Below are positions 9,039-18,156 of a DNA stretch of 36,811 nucleotides, in pieces. The stretch's first letter is position 1. Each line of letters starts with the position of its first letter. A program made the translations under genes and the position numbers. The stretch lies in assembly GCA_040235385.1 (NCBI GenBank), contig JBECKU010000016.1:1-36811 (forward strand), given 5' to 3'. This stretch comes from Candidatus Sulfobium sp. Its GTDB lineage: Bacteria > Nitrospirota > Thermodesulfovibrionia > Thermodesulfovibrionales > UBA6898. The notes beneath the pieces were generated by a model. It was not told where the DNA came from. It was given only the letters and a program-made list of their open reading frames with translations, and did no database searches.

Positions 9039-10466
9039 ATGGAAAAAGAAAAAAAGAAATCGCTGATTGACAGGGTCTGGGACCTGTTCGCTTCAGTTAA
9101 ATTTGCAGTTGTCATATTTTCCATAATCGCCCTGACTTCAATGGTAGGGACTATCCTCGAACAGGGAGCCGAACCCGAGAAAAACATCAAGGTGCTTACG
9201 AAGATGTTCGGAGAATCTGCCGCACCTGAATTGTACACTGTTTTTGAGAAACTCGGTTTTATGAACATGTATCATTCATGGTGGTTCGTGAGCCTTCTCC
9301 TTCTTTTTTCCGCCAATCTTATCATCTGCTCGCTGGACAGGCTCCCAAGGATATGGAAAATAGTAAAGGAGCCCATACGCCCGCTTGAACCCGAACGTCT
9401 CGAAAAGATGTCCATCAAAAGGTCTCTGAAAATAAAGACTAAATTTTCAGACACAAAGGATTTTATTGGGGACTCATTGAAGAGGATCGGATTCAAGGCT
9501 TCCGAAGCGTCTCTGGACAACGGCGTCCAGTTGTATTCTGAAAAAGGCAACTATACGAGGCTGGGCGTATATGTCACACACTTCAGCATTCTCATAATAC
9601 TTGCCGGGGCTATTATAGGACTTTTTTTCGGTTTTAATGCGTACCTTCCTCTCCAGGAAGGGGAAACGTCATCTGTCGCTTATCAAGGCAGGGACAAAAA
9701 GATACCCCTCGGATTCGAAATCCACTGTGATAATTTTGAGGTTTCTTTCTATGGGCAGAGCGATATGCCCAAGGAATACAAAAGCTGGCTTACCGTAATA
9801 AAAAACGGGAAAGAAGTCCTGCACAAAACAATAGTAGTCAACGACCCCCTGACTTATGATGGAATTACTTTTTATCAATCGAGCTTCGGGACCTTGTCCG
9901 GTAACGGGATTGTCATCCTGAAAACCGTCTCTAAAGACGGGCGGACATCGGATGTCAATACGAGGATCGGAGATACATTTACCGTACCGGGGACTTCTGT
10001 TCATGGCCGCATTACAAATTTCAGTCCGGCACTTGCCTTTGACCAGTCAGGGAGACCTTTTACATATGACGAGAACTTGAAAAACCCTGGAATCTATGTG
10101 GAATTTTCGGGCTTGCCCTCAGGCGCGTATTCCGGCTGGATACTGAAAAGATATCCCAAGACATGGGACCTGCCGGACGGCAGCCGAATAGAATTTCTCG
10201 ATTATTGGGGAGTGGAATATACGGGCATGCAGGTCAGGAAAGACCCCGGGGTCCTGATAGTCTACCTGGGCTGTATTATGATGGCGGTAGGCCTCTACGT
10301 CACATTTTTTATGAGCCACAGAAAGGTATGGGTCCATGTGGCGGAGGAGAAGGGTGGGCAGAAGGTCATTGTAGGCGCGTCCGCCAATAAAAACCGCGCT
10401 GCCTTCGAAAGGAAGATAGAGAAGTTTATCGGTGTGATAAGCTCAAGTCAAAAAGGGGGAAAGTAG
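9039..10466 (+). CDS. resB: Cytochrome c biogenesis protein ResB/Ccs1 (system II)
   Basis: The N-terminus (VWDLFASVKFAVVIFSIIALTSMVGTILEQG) is typical of ResB. It has a large soluble middle domain and a C-terminal TM segment, and is directly followed by ccsA. Confidence 0.85.
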   Translation: MEKEKKKSLIDRVWDLFASVKFAVVIFSIIALTSMVGTILEQGAEPEKNIKVLTKMFGESAAPELYTVFEKLGFMNMYHSWWFVSLLLLFSANLIICSLDRLPRIWKIVKEPIRPLEPERLEKMSIKRSLKIKTKFSDTKDFIGDSLKRIGFKASEASLDNGVQLYSEKGNYTRLGVYVTHFSILIILAGAIIGLFFGFNAYLPLQEGETSSVAYQGRDKKIPLGFEIHCDNFEVSFYGQSDMPKEYKSWLTVIKNGKEVLHKTIVVNDPLTYDGITFYQSSFGTLSGNGIVILKTVSKDGRTSDVNTRIGDTFTVPGTSVHGRITNFSPALAFDQSGRPFTYDENLKNPGIYVEFSGLPSGAYSGWILKRYPKTWDLPDGSRIEFLDYWGVEYTGMQVRKDPGVLIVYLGCIMMAVGLYVTFFMSHRKVWVHVAEEKGGQKVIVGASANKNRAAFERKIEKFIGVISSSQKGGK

Positions 10467-11552
10467 ATGACCAGTTCGACATTTTTCGGATTATCAACAA
10501 TAGCGTATATCCTCGCCATGATCACCTATATCACTTATCTGGCGTTCAGGAAGAATGCGATCGGTGTGGCCGCAACCACCATTACGATAGCCGGGTTCGT
10601 CTCCCAGACTCTCGCGATATTCCTCAGATGGAAGGAGTTCTACGACTTGAGTCAAATGGGGATACTAAGAGCCGCACCCCTCACTAACCTGTACGAATCT
10701 CTCGTCTTTTTTGTGTGGTGTCTTATTCTTATTTACCTCATAATCGAGTTCAGGTATCATACGCGCTCTTTCGGGGCCTTCATTACTCCTGTTGCAGGGC
10801 TCGCCCTTGCTTTCATCGATCTTTCCGGCATGAGCAAAGGTATCCAGCCTTTGGTCCCGGCACTCCAGAGCAACTGGCTGCTGGCTCACGTGATGATGAG
10901 CTTCATTTCATATTCACTGTTCGGCGTTTCATTCAGCACGGGACTTATGTATCTCGTCGTAAAGACCGATAAAAAGACGGAGCCCGCGTACATCTTCTGG
11001 ACGGTTATGCTCAGCATTTTTGTTATCGTACTTGTCGCCATGGGACTGGATTACCTGAACTTTAAACTCCTGGTTCAAAGCCAGGAGGAACTGATCAAGA
11101 GCTATCTTTTCAAGGCAACATTCAGGAGTAATTCCCCCATGGTCTCGGTGTTGAGTTGGATAGCAGCCTTGGCGTTTACCTTTGTCATTTGGAGATACGG
11201 AAGTGCGTTGAAAAAAATCATCAAAGGTTTTGGCATTTCGGCCGAGACCCTCGATGACATTACTTACAAAAGCATTGCAATAGGGTTCCCTGTTTTTACT
11301 CTCGGAGGACTGATATTCGGCGCGATCTGGGCCGACCAGGCCTGGGGCAAGTACTGGACCTGGGACCCTAAGGAAACATGGTCTCTCATAACTTGGTTTT
11401 TTTATGCTTTTTATCTGCACGGCAGGTTGATGAGAGGATGGAGGGGCAAGAAGGTCGCCATCGTTGCCGTCATGGGATTTGTCGCGGTTATTTTTACATA
11501 CCTGGGTGTAAACCTTCTTCTGTCGGGTCTCCACAGTTATGGCGCTCAATAA
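10467..11552 (+). CDS. ccsA: Cytochrome c biogenesis protein CcsA/ResC (system II haem handling)
   Basis: Polytopic membrane protein with the WWD-type motif WGKYWTWDPKETWSLITW. Its start abuts the resB stop. Confidence 0.9.
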   Translation: MTSSTFFGLSTIAYILAMITYITYLAFRKNAIGVAATTITIAGFVSQTLAIFLRWKEFYDLSQMGILRAAPLTNLYESLVFFVWCLILIYLIIEFRYHTRSFGAFITPVAGLALAFIDLSGMSKGIQPLVPALQSNWLLAHVMMSFISYSLFGVSFSTGLMYLVVKTDKKTEPAYIFWTVMLSIFVIVLVAMGLDYLNFKLLVQSQEELIKSYLFKATFRSNSPMVSVLSWIAALAFTFVIWRYGSALKKIIKGFGISAETLDDITYKSIAIGFPVFTLGGLIFGAIWADQAWGKYWTWDPKETWSLITWFFYAFYLHGRLMRGWRGKKVAIVAVMGFVAVIFTYLGVNLLLSGLHSYGAQ

Positions 11553-11620
11553 AGCCCCGGAATGAAGAAATATTTCGTGTGAAGAAAGCCGAAACTGTGC
11601 TTTCTTCTGTCACGGGCGGA

Positions 11621-12790
11621 ATGATTCGCATCGGCGTTCAAATAAAGTTTGTTCTTTTGATCACCACTCTCTGCTTCGTCGCTATTTTTCTTCTCCTGGC
11701 TTATCAAATGGAGTTAACCTCCGAACTGGCCGAAGTGCGGGTGACCGGACCAGCGCAACCCGGCAAAAGTTCGGCCGGCAAAATCAATGAAACGGGCGCG
11801 CCGGTCCTCAGTGAGGGACTCTCCCGTTCCAGGACCGAACATAGACTCGAAGAAGTCCGGAGCCGAATGGTACAGGCTTCTTTCCTGGTCTTCGTGATCC
11901 TTTCGGCGTCCGCCGGACTTTTGGGTCTTGCTGTCTTCACCAGACCTCTCAGACGGATACTGGATTCCATGAATAGCGTTCGGAACGATGATGCAAGGTC
12001 GCTTATAGCGGGACAAGAGAGAGATGAGTTGGAGATGGTATCGACGGCTCTCAATTACCTCGTTTCGAAACTCCGCCGGTCGGAAGAGGAAATAGAAAGG
12101 CTGCGTCATGACAAAAGGGTGCATTCCGAGAAAATGGCCTCAATAGGAGAGCTCGCCGCGACAGTTGCGCATGAAATCAAAAACCCTCTGGCCGGGATAA
12201 GCGGGGCTTTGCAGGTCCTCGCCGAAGACTTCCCTGCCGACAGTCCCAGGAAGGAAATCGCAAATGAGATCCTGGATGAGATCGAGCGTCTCGACAAAGC
12301 GGTGAAAGACCTTCTCGTGTTTGCGAGGCCTCCGGAACTTAATTTGATTCCGGCTGATATAAATGCTATTATCGACAAGACTGTCCGCTCTTTGGAAGCG
12401 CGGGCAGCGGAAATGAATGTTGAGATCGAAAAGGTGACGGAACCCGTTCCGGAGATGATGATCGATCCCGATCAACTTGAGAGAGCTCTTTTGAATATAT
12501 CTCTGAATTGCCTCCATTTCATGGAAGGAGGGGGGATGCTCGTTTTTTCATCACACAATATCTCTCATTCCGGAAAAGCAGAAGTTCGCGTTCTTGCCAG
12601 GGGGAATGAGCGTCGTGATATGAATCTCGATGATATGTTCAAGCCTTTTTTTTCAACGAAACGTTCGGGGAGCGGTCTGGGGCTTGCGATAAGTAAAAAC
12701 ATCATCGAAAGCCATAAGGGGAACATCGTCGTCGAAGACCTGAAAGAGGCCGGATGCATGTTCCGGTTGATCTTCACAGGGCGAGGATAA
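11621..12790 (+). CDS. Sensor histidine kinase (2 TM, short periplasmic loop, HAMP-like linker, HisKA, HATPase)
   Basis: H-box HEIKNPLAGISGAL and G2 box GSGLGLAISKNIIESHKG. The track ORF (11378) starts inside ccsA. The ATG at 11621 or the GTG at 11579 are the plausible starts. Confidence 0.85.
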   Translation: MIRIGVQIKFVLLITTLCFVAIFLLLAYQMELTSELAEVRVTGPAQPGKSSAGKINETGAPVLSEGLSRSRTEHRLEEVRSRMVQASFLVFVILSASAGLLGLAVFTRPLRRILDSMNSVRNDDARSLIAGQERDELEMVSTALNYLVSKLRRSEEEIERLRHDKRVHSEKMASIGELAATVAHEIKNPLAGISGALQVLAEDFPADSPRKEIANEILDEIERLDKAVKDLLVFARPPELNLIPADINAIIDKTVRSLEARAAEMNVEIEKVTEPVPEMMIDPDQLERALLNISLNCLHFMEGGGMLVFSSHNISHSGKAEVRVLARGNERRDMNLDDMFKPFFSTKRSGSGLGLAISKNIIESHKGNIVVEDLKEAGCMFRLIFTGRG

Positions 12791-14181
12791 ATTTGGATAA
12801 GGCAAAGATACTTGTCATTGACGACGAGAAGCTGCTCAGGTGGTCCCTGCAACAGAACCTTTCCAAAGAGGGCTTCAATGTAATTACTGCTGAAAACGGA
12901 TCGAAGGGGCTGGACCTGTTTTTTGAAGAACAACCTGATATTACCCTTCTGGACGTTCATCTGCCGGATGTCTCCGGGATAAATATCCTCGAAAATATCA
13001 AGAAGGAAAACAGGGACGCGATCACTATTATGATCACTGCTTTCGGAGACATACAAACGGCGGTAAAGACGATCAAGATCGGAGCGTACGATTTTGTCGA
13101 AAAACCCTTCAATATGGATAAACTCAAAATACTGATCGGAAAAGCCGTGGAAACCGTATCCCTGAGAAAAGAGGTCCTTCAGTTCAGATCTCTGCTTTCG
13201 CGGAAATACGGGTTCGACAATATCATAGGCAAATCCCCGGAGATGCTGAGGATCTACGATGTCATCAAAAAAGTATCGATGAGCGATGCTTCCACCATCC
13301 TCCTGCAGGGAGAGAGCGGAACAGGGAAGGACCTCGTAGCCAAGATCATCCATTACGAGAGCAAAAGAGCGGACCGGCCGTTCATGGACATCAACTGCAC
13401 CGCCCTTCCGGAGACTCTTATTGAAAGCGAACTCTTCGGTCATGAAAAGGGGGCGTTCACCGACGCCAAGCAGATGAAAAAAGGCCTCTTCGAGCTTTCG
13501 GACGGCGGAACAGCATTCCTTGACGAAATAGCCGATATGAAAACGAGCACGCAGGCCAAACTTCTGAAAGTAATAGAGAACAAGACCTTCAAACGGATAG
13601 GCGGAATTAAAGATGTCGCAGTGGATCTGAGAATTATCGCTGCAACCAACAAAAACTTAGGCGAAGAGGTCAGAAAAGGGAATTTCAGAGAAGACCTCTA
13701 TTACAGGTTAAAGGTCATCCCGGTTGTCCTTCCTCCCTTGCGGGAGAGAGGGGAAGATATTCTCCTGCTCGCGAAATACTTTATTGAAGATTTCAACAGA
13801 GAATTCAAGAAGAACGTAAAAAAAATATCCAAGGGAACGGAAATATCCTTTTTACAATATGCCTGGCCCGGAAATGTGAGAGAACTCAGGAACGTCATCG
13901 AGCGGGCAATGATCCTGGAGAATGATGATTACATTTTGCCGGAACATCTTCCGCCCGAACTGCTCTCAAAAGAAAGAGAAGCAGACCATGCCGTGGAGAG
14001 AGGTCCGATCAAAATCCCACCATGCGGAGTTGACATTGAGGAAATCGAGAAAGAGCTGATCAGGCAAGCACTCGAACAGGCGAAATGGAACCAGACGAGG
14101 GCGGCAAAGCTTCTCAATCTTTCACGGGACGCCCTTCGTTACAGGATGCAAAAATTCCGGTTTCTGCCCGATAGATCTTGA
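12754..14181 (+). CDS. Sigma-54-dependent response regulator (NtrC family)
   Basis: Receiver domain (ILVIDDE ... LLDVHLPD), AAA+ Walker A GESGTGKD, a GAFTDA variant of the GAFTGA sigma-54 contact loop, and a C-terminal Fis-type HTH (LLNLSRDALRYRMQKF). The TTG at 12793, after GAGG and after the kinase stop, is an alternative start. Confidence 0.9.
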   Translation: MHVPVDLHRARINLDKAKILVIDDEKLLRWSLQQNLSKEGFNVITAENGSKGLDLFFEEQPDITLLDVHLPDVSGINILENIKKENRDAITIMITAFGDIQTAVKTIKIGAYDFVEKPFNMDKLKILIGKAVETVSLRKEVLQFRSLLSRKYGFDNIIGKSPEMLRIYDVIKKVSMSDASTILLQGESGTGKDLVAKIIHYESKRADRPFMDINCTALPETLIESELFGHEKGAFTDAKQMKKGLFELSDGGTAFLDEIADMKTSTQAKLLKVIENKTFKRIGGIKDVAVDLRIIAATNKNLGEEVRKGNFREDLYYRLKVIPVVLPPLRERGEDILLLAKYFIEDFNREFKKNVKKISKGTEISFLQYAWPGNVRELRNVIERAMILENDDYILPEHLPPELLSKEREADHAVERGPIKIPPCGVDIEEIEKELIRQALEQAKWNQTRAAKLLNLSRDALRYRMQKFRFLPDRS

Positions 14182-14248
14182 TATATCCCATGCTTTTCTT
14201 TAACATAGTAAGTATCCGCATATTTAGAATATTTATTAATATGAAAAT

Positions 14249-14602
14249 ATGAAAATTCTTGTGGTAGACGACGAACAACTCGTTCGGTGGTTCCTCGACA
14301 GAGCTCTCAGAAAAAGCGGTTACGATGTCATCACCGCCCAGAATATTGCAGAGGCTTCCTTAAAATTGGACTCTGAGCCGATAGATGTACTTTTCATCGA
14401 CCTCAGAATGCCCGGGCAAAACGGTACTGAATTCATCAGGAAAGTCTCTCTTCAGGACGGGAAACCAAAAATAATCGTATGTTCGGCCTTCGTTACATTC
14501 GAACTTGAAGAGGAGTTCAGACAGAAAGGCATATGCATACTCAGAAAACCTTTCAAACTCGATGAATTAAATGAAGTCCTCCAGGTTTGCCTGGAGAAAT
14601 AA
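14249..14602 (+). CDS. Single-domain CheY-like response regulator
   Basis: 117 aa with ILVVDDE, the phospho-acceptor context LFIDLRMPG, and a conserved KP near the C-terminus. Confidence 0.85.
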   Translation: MKILVVDDEQLVRWFLDRALRKSGYDVITAQNIAEASLKLDSEPIDVLFIDLRMPGQNGTEFIRKVSLQDGKPKIIVCSAFVTFELEEEFRQKGICILRKPFKLDELNEVLQVCLEK

Positions 14603-14653
14603 GAGGCTTGAGACAGCGCGGCCGTCATCTGATATCTAATATGCTTTATACCC

Positions 14654-14682
14654 TTGACATTTGTGCCGTGTTCATTAAAAAT
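14654..14682 (+). promoter_or_regulatory. Candidate sigma-70 promoter for the SDR/AOS/GNAT operon
   Basis: TTGACA (14654-14659), a 17-nt spacer, then AAAAAT (weak -10), about 12 nt before the ATG at 14694. Pattern match only. Confidence 0.3.
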
Positions 14683-14693
14683 AGACGTACCCT

Positions 14694-15656
14694 ATGAAAG
14701 CCCTGGTAACAGGAGCTACCGGTTTCATCGGAAGTTATCTCGTCGAAGCTTTATTAAAGAGAGGCTGCGACGTGACCTGCCTTCTCAGAAAAACCTCAGA
14801 TCTTAAATGGATAGAACATCTGGATCTGAAATATCTCTTCTGCGACCTCGCAGAGACAGAATCATTTCACGACAAGATGAGAGAGTTCAGTCACGTCTTT
14901 CACCTTGCCGGACTTACCAAGGCAAAATCTGAAAAAGACTTTTTCCTGGCAAATGCCGATGGAACAAAGTGTCTATTGAAAGCCGTCTTCCGCGGCAATC
15001 CGAACATCGAGAGGTTTATTTATGTGAGCAGCCTCGCCGCTGCCGGACCGGCGACTGATATTGCTCCGGTTAGTGACGATACTCCGCCTATGCCGGTCTC
15101 CAGCTACGGCAGGAGCAAGCTTGAAGGCGAAAAAGCCGTTATGGCTTTTATGAATGAAATACCTGTCACGATTGTGAGGCCTTCCGCGGTCTATGGTCCC
15201 CGGGATAAGGATTTTTATGTCCTGTTCAAGATGGTGCAAAAGGGGTTTTATTTTTACTGGGGAAGATGCTTCTATTCCCTGCTATATGTCGAAGACCTTA
15301 TTCAAGGAATATTGTTATCGGCAGAGAAAGAGGAGGGAGTGGGAAAGACATTTTTTTTGTCTGACGGAGTCATATACTCCAATGATGACCTTTTTAAGGA
15401 AGTATCATCCGCTCTTGAGGTGGAGGCTGCCAAAATAAGGGTCCCTTCTTCCATTATGCCTGTCATCGCTTTCCTGGGTGAAAAAATCGTCAAAAAAGGT
15501 ATAATGAACCGAGACAAGATAAAGGAACTGCGTCACTCTAACTGGACATGCGATTCCAGCAGGGCTGAACGGGAGCTAGGGTTTAATCCAAAAACAACTC
15601 TACGGGAAGGAATAAAATGGACGGCAGACTGGTACAAAATCCACCGATGGCTATAG
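14694..15656 (+). CDS. NAD(P)-dependent epimerase/dehydratase-family SDR (candidate ketoreductase)
   Basis: VTGATGFIGSYLV Rossmann motif and YGRSKLEGE (YxxxK catalytic motif). Its 3' end overlaps the next gene. Confidence 0.85.
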   Translation: MKALVTGATGFIGSYLVEALLKRGCDVTCLLRKTSDLKWIEHLDLKYLFCDLAETESFHDKMREFSHVFHLAGLTKAKSEKDFFLANADGTKCLLKAVFRGNPNIERFIYVSSLAAAGPATDIAPVSDDTPPMPVSSYGRSKLEGEKAVMAFMNEIPVTIVRPSAVYGPRDKDFYVLFKMVQKGFYFYWGRCFYSLLYVEDLIQGILLSAEKEEGVGKTFFLSDGVIYSNDDLFKEVSSALEVEAAKIRVPSSIMPVIAFLGEKIVKKGIMNRDKIKELRHSNWTCDSSRAERELGFNPKTTLREGIKWTADWYKIHRWL

Positions 15657-16846
15657 AAAAAAAAGCCGATCTGTTTGACAAATGTTACAGATTCACTAAA
15701 GCGAAAGAATTAATGGAGTCTGAGATGTATCCTTACTTCAGGGTCATCGAGAGTCCGCAGGACCCCGAAGTAGTCATGGACGGCAAAAAAATGATAATGG
15801 TGGGTTCAAACAACTACCTCGGTCTCACGAACCATCCCAAGGTCAAACAGCAAGCACTTGAAGCCATCCAAAAGTACGGTTCCGGATGCGCGGGGTCACG
15901 GTTTCTCAACGGGACTCTGGACATACATGTCAAATTGGAGGAGAAGCTCGCGAAATTTATCCGGAAGGAGGCCGCTCTTGTTTTTTCCACGGGGTTTCAG
16001 GTAAATCTCGGCGTTATCTCCGCCCTCGCAGGGAAAGACGATGTCCTCATAATCGATAAAATGGACCATGCGAGCATCATCGACGGCAGCAGGCTTTCAT
16101 ATGCCGAAGTGAGAAAATTCAGACATAATGATATGGCCGATCTGGAAAGAATTCTCGGAGAGCACAGGGAACGCAAAAAGCTGATAGTGGTGGACGGGGT
16201 ATTCAGCATGGAGGGGGACATCGTGGATCTCCCTGAAGTTGTTTCACTGGCGCGTAAATATCAAGCGAGGGTCATGGTAGACGATGCCCACGGCATCGGC
16301 GTTCTCGGGAAAACGGGCCGGGGCACCGTTGAACACTATGGGCTTGAAAACGAGGTCGACCTCATCATGGGGACTTACAGTAAATCTCTTGCTTCGATAG
16401 GGGGGTTTATTTCCGGAGAAGAACCGGTCATCCATTATATAAAACATTTCGCAAGAGCGTTAATCTTCAGCGCAAGCCCTCCCCCCGCTTCCATAGCGGC
16501 AGTGAGCGCCGCCCTCGATATCATCGAAGAAGAACCTGAACGTATTGAGAGACTATGGACAAACACGTGGAAGATGCATGAAGGCCTGAAGTCGATGGGG
16601 TTCGAGATCGGCCCCACGGAAACCCCCATAATCCCTATTCTTGTCGGCGATGAACTGAAAGCTTTCACTATGGTGAAGATGCTGCAGCAGGAGGGCGTGT
16701 TTGCAAATGTTGCGGTCAGTCCCGCGGTGGCGAGCGGGAAGGCTTTGATCAGGACTAGTTATATGGCGACACACACCGACGAGCAGCTCGACAGGGTGCT
16801 CAATGCCTTCGAAAAAGTAGGAAGGACTCTGGGCATAATAGAATGA
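15617..16846 (+). CDS. PLP-dependent alpha-oxoamine synthase, serine palmitoyltransferase-like
   Basis: Motifs are NNYLGLT, GSGCAGSRFLNGT, VFSTGFQVNLG, HASIIDG, DDAHG, GTYSKS (PLP lysine) and ERLWTNTWKMHEGLKSMGF. From memory these resemble Sphingomonas Spt more than E. coli Kbl or BioF. GGAAGGA precedes the ATG at 15617. The ATG at 15647 is an alternative start. Confidence 0.8.
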   Translation: MDGRLVQNPPMAIEKKADLFDKCYRFTKAKELMESEMYPYFRVIESPQDPEVVMDGKKMIMVGSNNYLGLTNHPKVKQQALEAIQKYGSGCAGSRFLNGTLDIHVKLEEKLAKFIRKEAALVFSTGFQVNLGVISALAGKDDVLIIDKMDHASIIDGSRLSYAEVRKFRHNDMADLERILGEHRERKKLIVVDGVFSMEGDIVDLPEVVSLARKYQARVMVDDAHGIGVLGKTGRGTVEHYGLENEVDLIMGTYSKSLASIGGFISGEEPVIHYIKHFARALIFSASPPPASIAAVSAALDIIEEEPERIERLWTNTWKMHEGLKSMGFEIGPTETPIIPILVGDELKAFTMVKMLQQEGVFANVAVSPAVASGKALIRTSYMATHTDEQLDRVLNAFEKVGRTLGIIE

Positions 16847-17949
16847 TAGAAGTCATTGAGGTCGGGAATAACCTCAGTGACTTCATCGCCCTTCCCCTTC
16901 AGCTCTATTCTAAAGACCCGTATTTCGTTCCGCAGCTCACCAGGGATATGTGGATCCACTTTTCCGGAAAGAACCCCTTCTTCCGTCACGCGGATGCGAA
17001 GTTTTTTCTTGCAAGCAAGGACGGAAAACCCTGTGGAAGGATCATCTCTTTCATAAATAAGCCCCACAATTCACGCCATGGTGAAAAGACCGGTTTCTTC
17101 GGGTTCTTTGAGTCTGTCGATGACCGGGCAGTATCTTCAGCTCTCTTTAAAAGAGCCGAAGAATATCTCAAGAACGAAAGGATGGAATCAATGAGAGGCC
17201 CGATGAACTTCTCGACCAACGAAGAGTGCGGTTTTCTCATTGAAGGGTTCGGGGAACCTCCGAAAATCATGATGCCGTACAATCCTCCCTATTACCATGA
17301 TCTCTGTCTGGATTTCGGGATGGAAAAGATCAAGGATCTGTACGCTTATATCTACACCGTTCAGACAAGTCTTCCTGAAAAAGTCCTCAGGGTCGCTACT
17401 ATCGCCGAAAAGAAGGGCGTTTCCGTGAGACCGCTTAATATGAAAAACTATCTCGGAGAAATGAAGATTTTCAAGGATGTCTATGAGTCCGCCTGGGAGA
17501 ATAACTGGGGATTTATACCGATGACGGACAAAGAGCTCGAATATGACGCCGCTCGGCTCAAACGTATCATTATTCCGGATATGACGATAATCGCGGAAGA
17601 AAATGGAATTCCCATAGGATTTCTGGGGCTTGTCCCCGATTTCAACTTCGTATTGAAGCACATGAAGGGGAAGTTCGGCCCTGCAAGTCTTATAAGAGCC
17701 CTTTATTATTCAAAAAAGATCAAGGAGCTGAGGGTGATGCTTCTGGGAGTAAAAAAAGAATTCCGGAACAAGGGGGTAGAAGCACTGATGTTCAGGGAAG
17801 GGTTCAAGCCCGTGAAACAGGGGAACTATAAGAGAGTGGAATTCTCCTGGATACTGGAGGACAACATTCCCGTTCAGAGAACTATAGAGATGTTAGGAGG
17901 AGAATTATACAAGAAATACAGGATCTATGAAAAAGCTCTGCAAGGATAA
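16843..17949 (+). CDS. 368-aa GNAT-fold-like acyltransferase family protein (function unassigned)
   Basis: ATGA overlap with the upstream gene. The core GPMNFSTNEECGFLIEGFGEPPKIMMPYNPPYYHDL and the C-terminal LLGVKKEFRNKGVEALM resemble an acyl-CoA N-acyltransferase Q/RxxGxG/A-type segment. The family call is from memory only. Confidence 0.55.
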   Translation: MIEVIEVGNNLSDFIALPLQLYSKDPYFVPQLTRDMWIHFSGKNPFFRHADAKFFLASKDGKPCGRIISFINKPHNSRHGEKTGFFGFFESVDDRAVSSALFKRAEEYLKNERMESMRGPMNFSTNEECGFLIEGFGEPPKIMMPYNPPYYHDLCLDFGMEKIKDLYAYIYTVQTSLPEKVLRVATIAEKKGVSVRPLNMKNYLGEMKIFKDVYESAWENNWGFIPMTDKELEYDAARLKRIIIPDMTIIAEENGIPIGFLGLVPDFNFVLKHMKGKFGPASLIRALYYSKKIKELRVMLLGVKKEFRNKGVEALMFREGFKPVKQGNYKRVEFSWILEDNIPVQRTIEMLGGELYKKYRIYEKALQG

Positions 17950-18019
17950 AAAAAGTTGTCAGTTTTTTTCGCCATTGACCCGAAAATACCTCTCCTCTCG
18001 GGGGAAAAGGCAAAATAGC

Positions 18020-18072
18020 GTCCCTCCCTTGTCGGGGCGACCCTTCGCGGAGACCCGCTTCGGGAGGGGAGG
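18020..18072 (-). terminator. GC-rich structured element, possible terminator of the KAS gene
   Basis: CCCTCCC (18022-18028) pairs with GGGAGGG (18062-18068) and encloses small inner stems. On the - strand it is followed by a T-rich tract (TATTTTGCCTTTT). Confidence 0.35.
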
Positions 18073-18156
18073 CATTAAGGGGGTGATATTTTATGCTCCT
18101 TTGTGCCGACTCATCGGCATGTCGATTACCGTGAACCCGGGAATCCGATTTCGGGA

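Noticed and set aside
12565-13443. 292-aa - strand ORF antisense to the sigma-54 response regulator. Similar cases are 27549-28445 (opposite thiG), 29871-30677 (opposite thiC), 10929-11549 (opposite ccsA), 3055-3612 (opposite rnfE) and 17927-18499 (opposite the KAS gene).
   Set aside because: Same reasoning. Each is opposite a strongly supported gene, none has a convincing SD or motifs, and none is needed to explain the region.
14694-16846. Alternative reading of the SDR plus alpha-oxoamine synthase pair as a GalE-like threonine dehydrogenase plus Kbl (threonine degradation), or as BioF.
   Set aside because: The synthase motifs recalled from Spt (GSGxxGSRxLNGT, GTxSKS, ERLWxN...GLKxMGF) fit better than Kbl (GFGMASVRFICGT, GTLGKALGG). 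The coupled GNAT-like gene is not part of threonine degradation or biotin synthesis. This is not fully excluded without a phylogeny.
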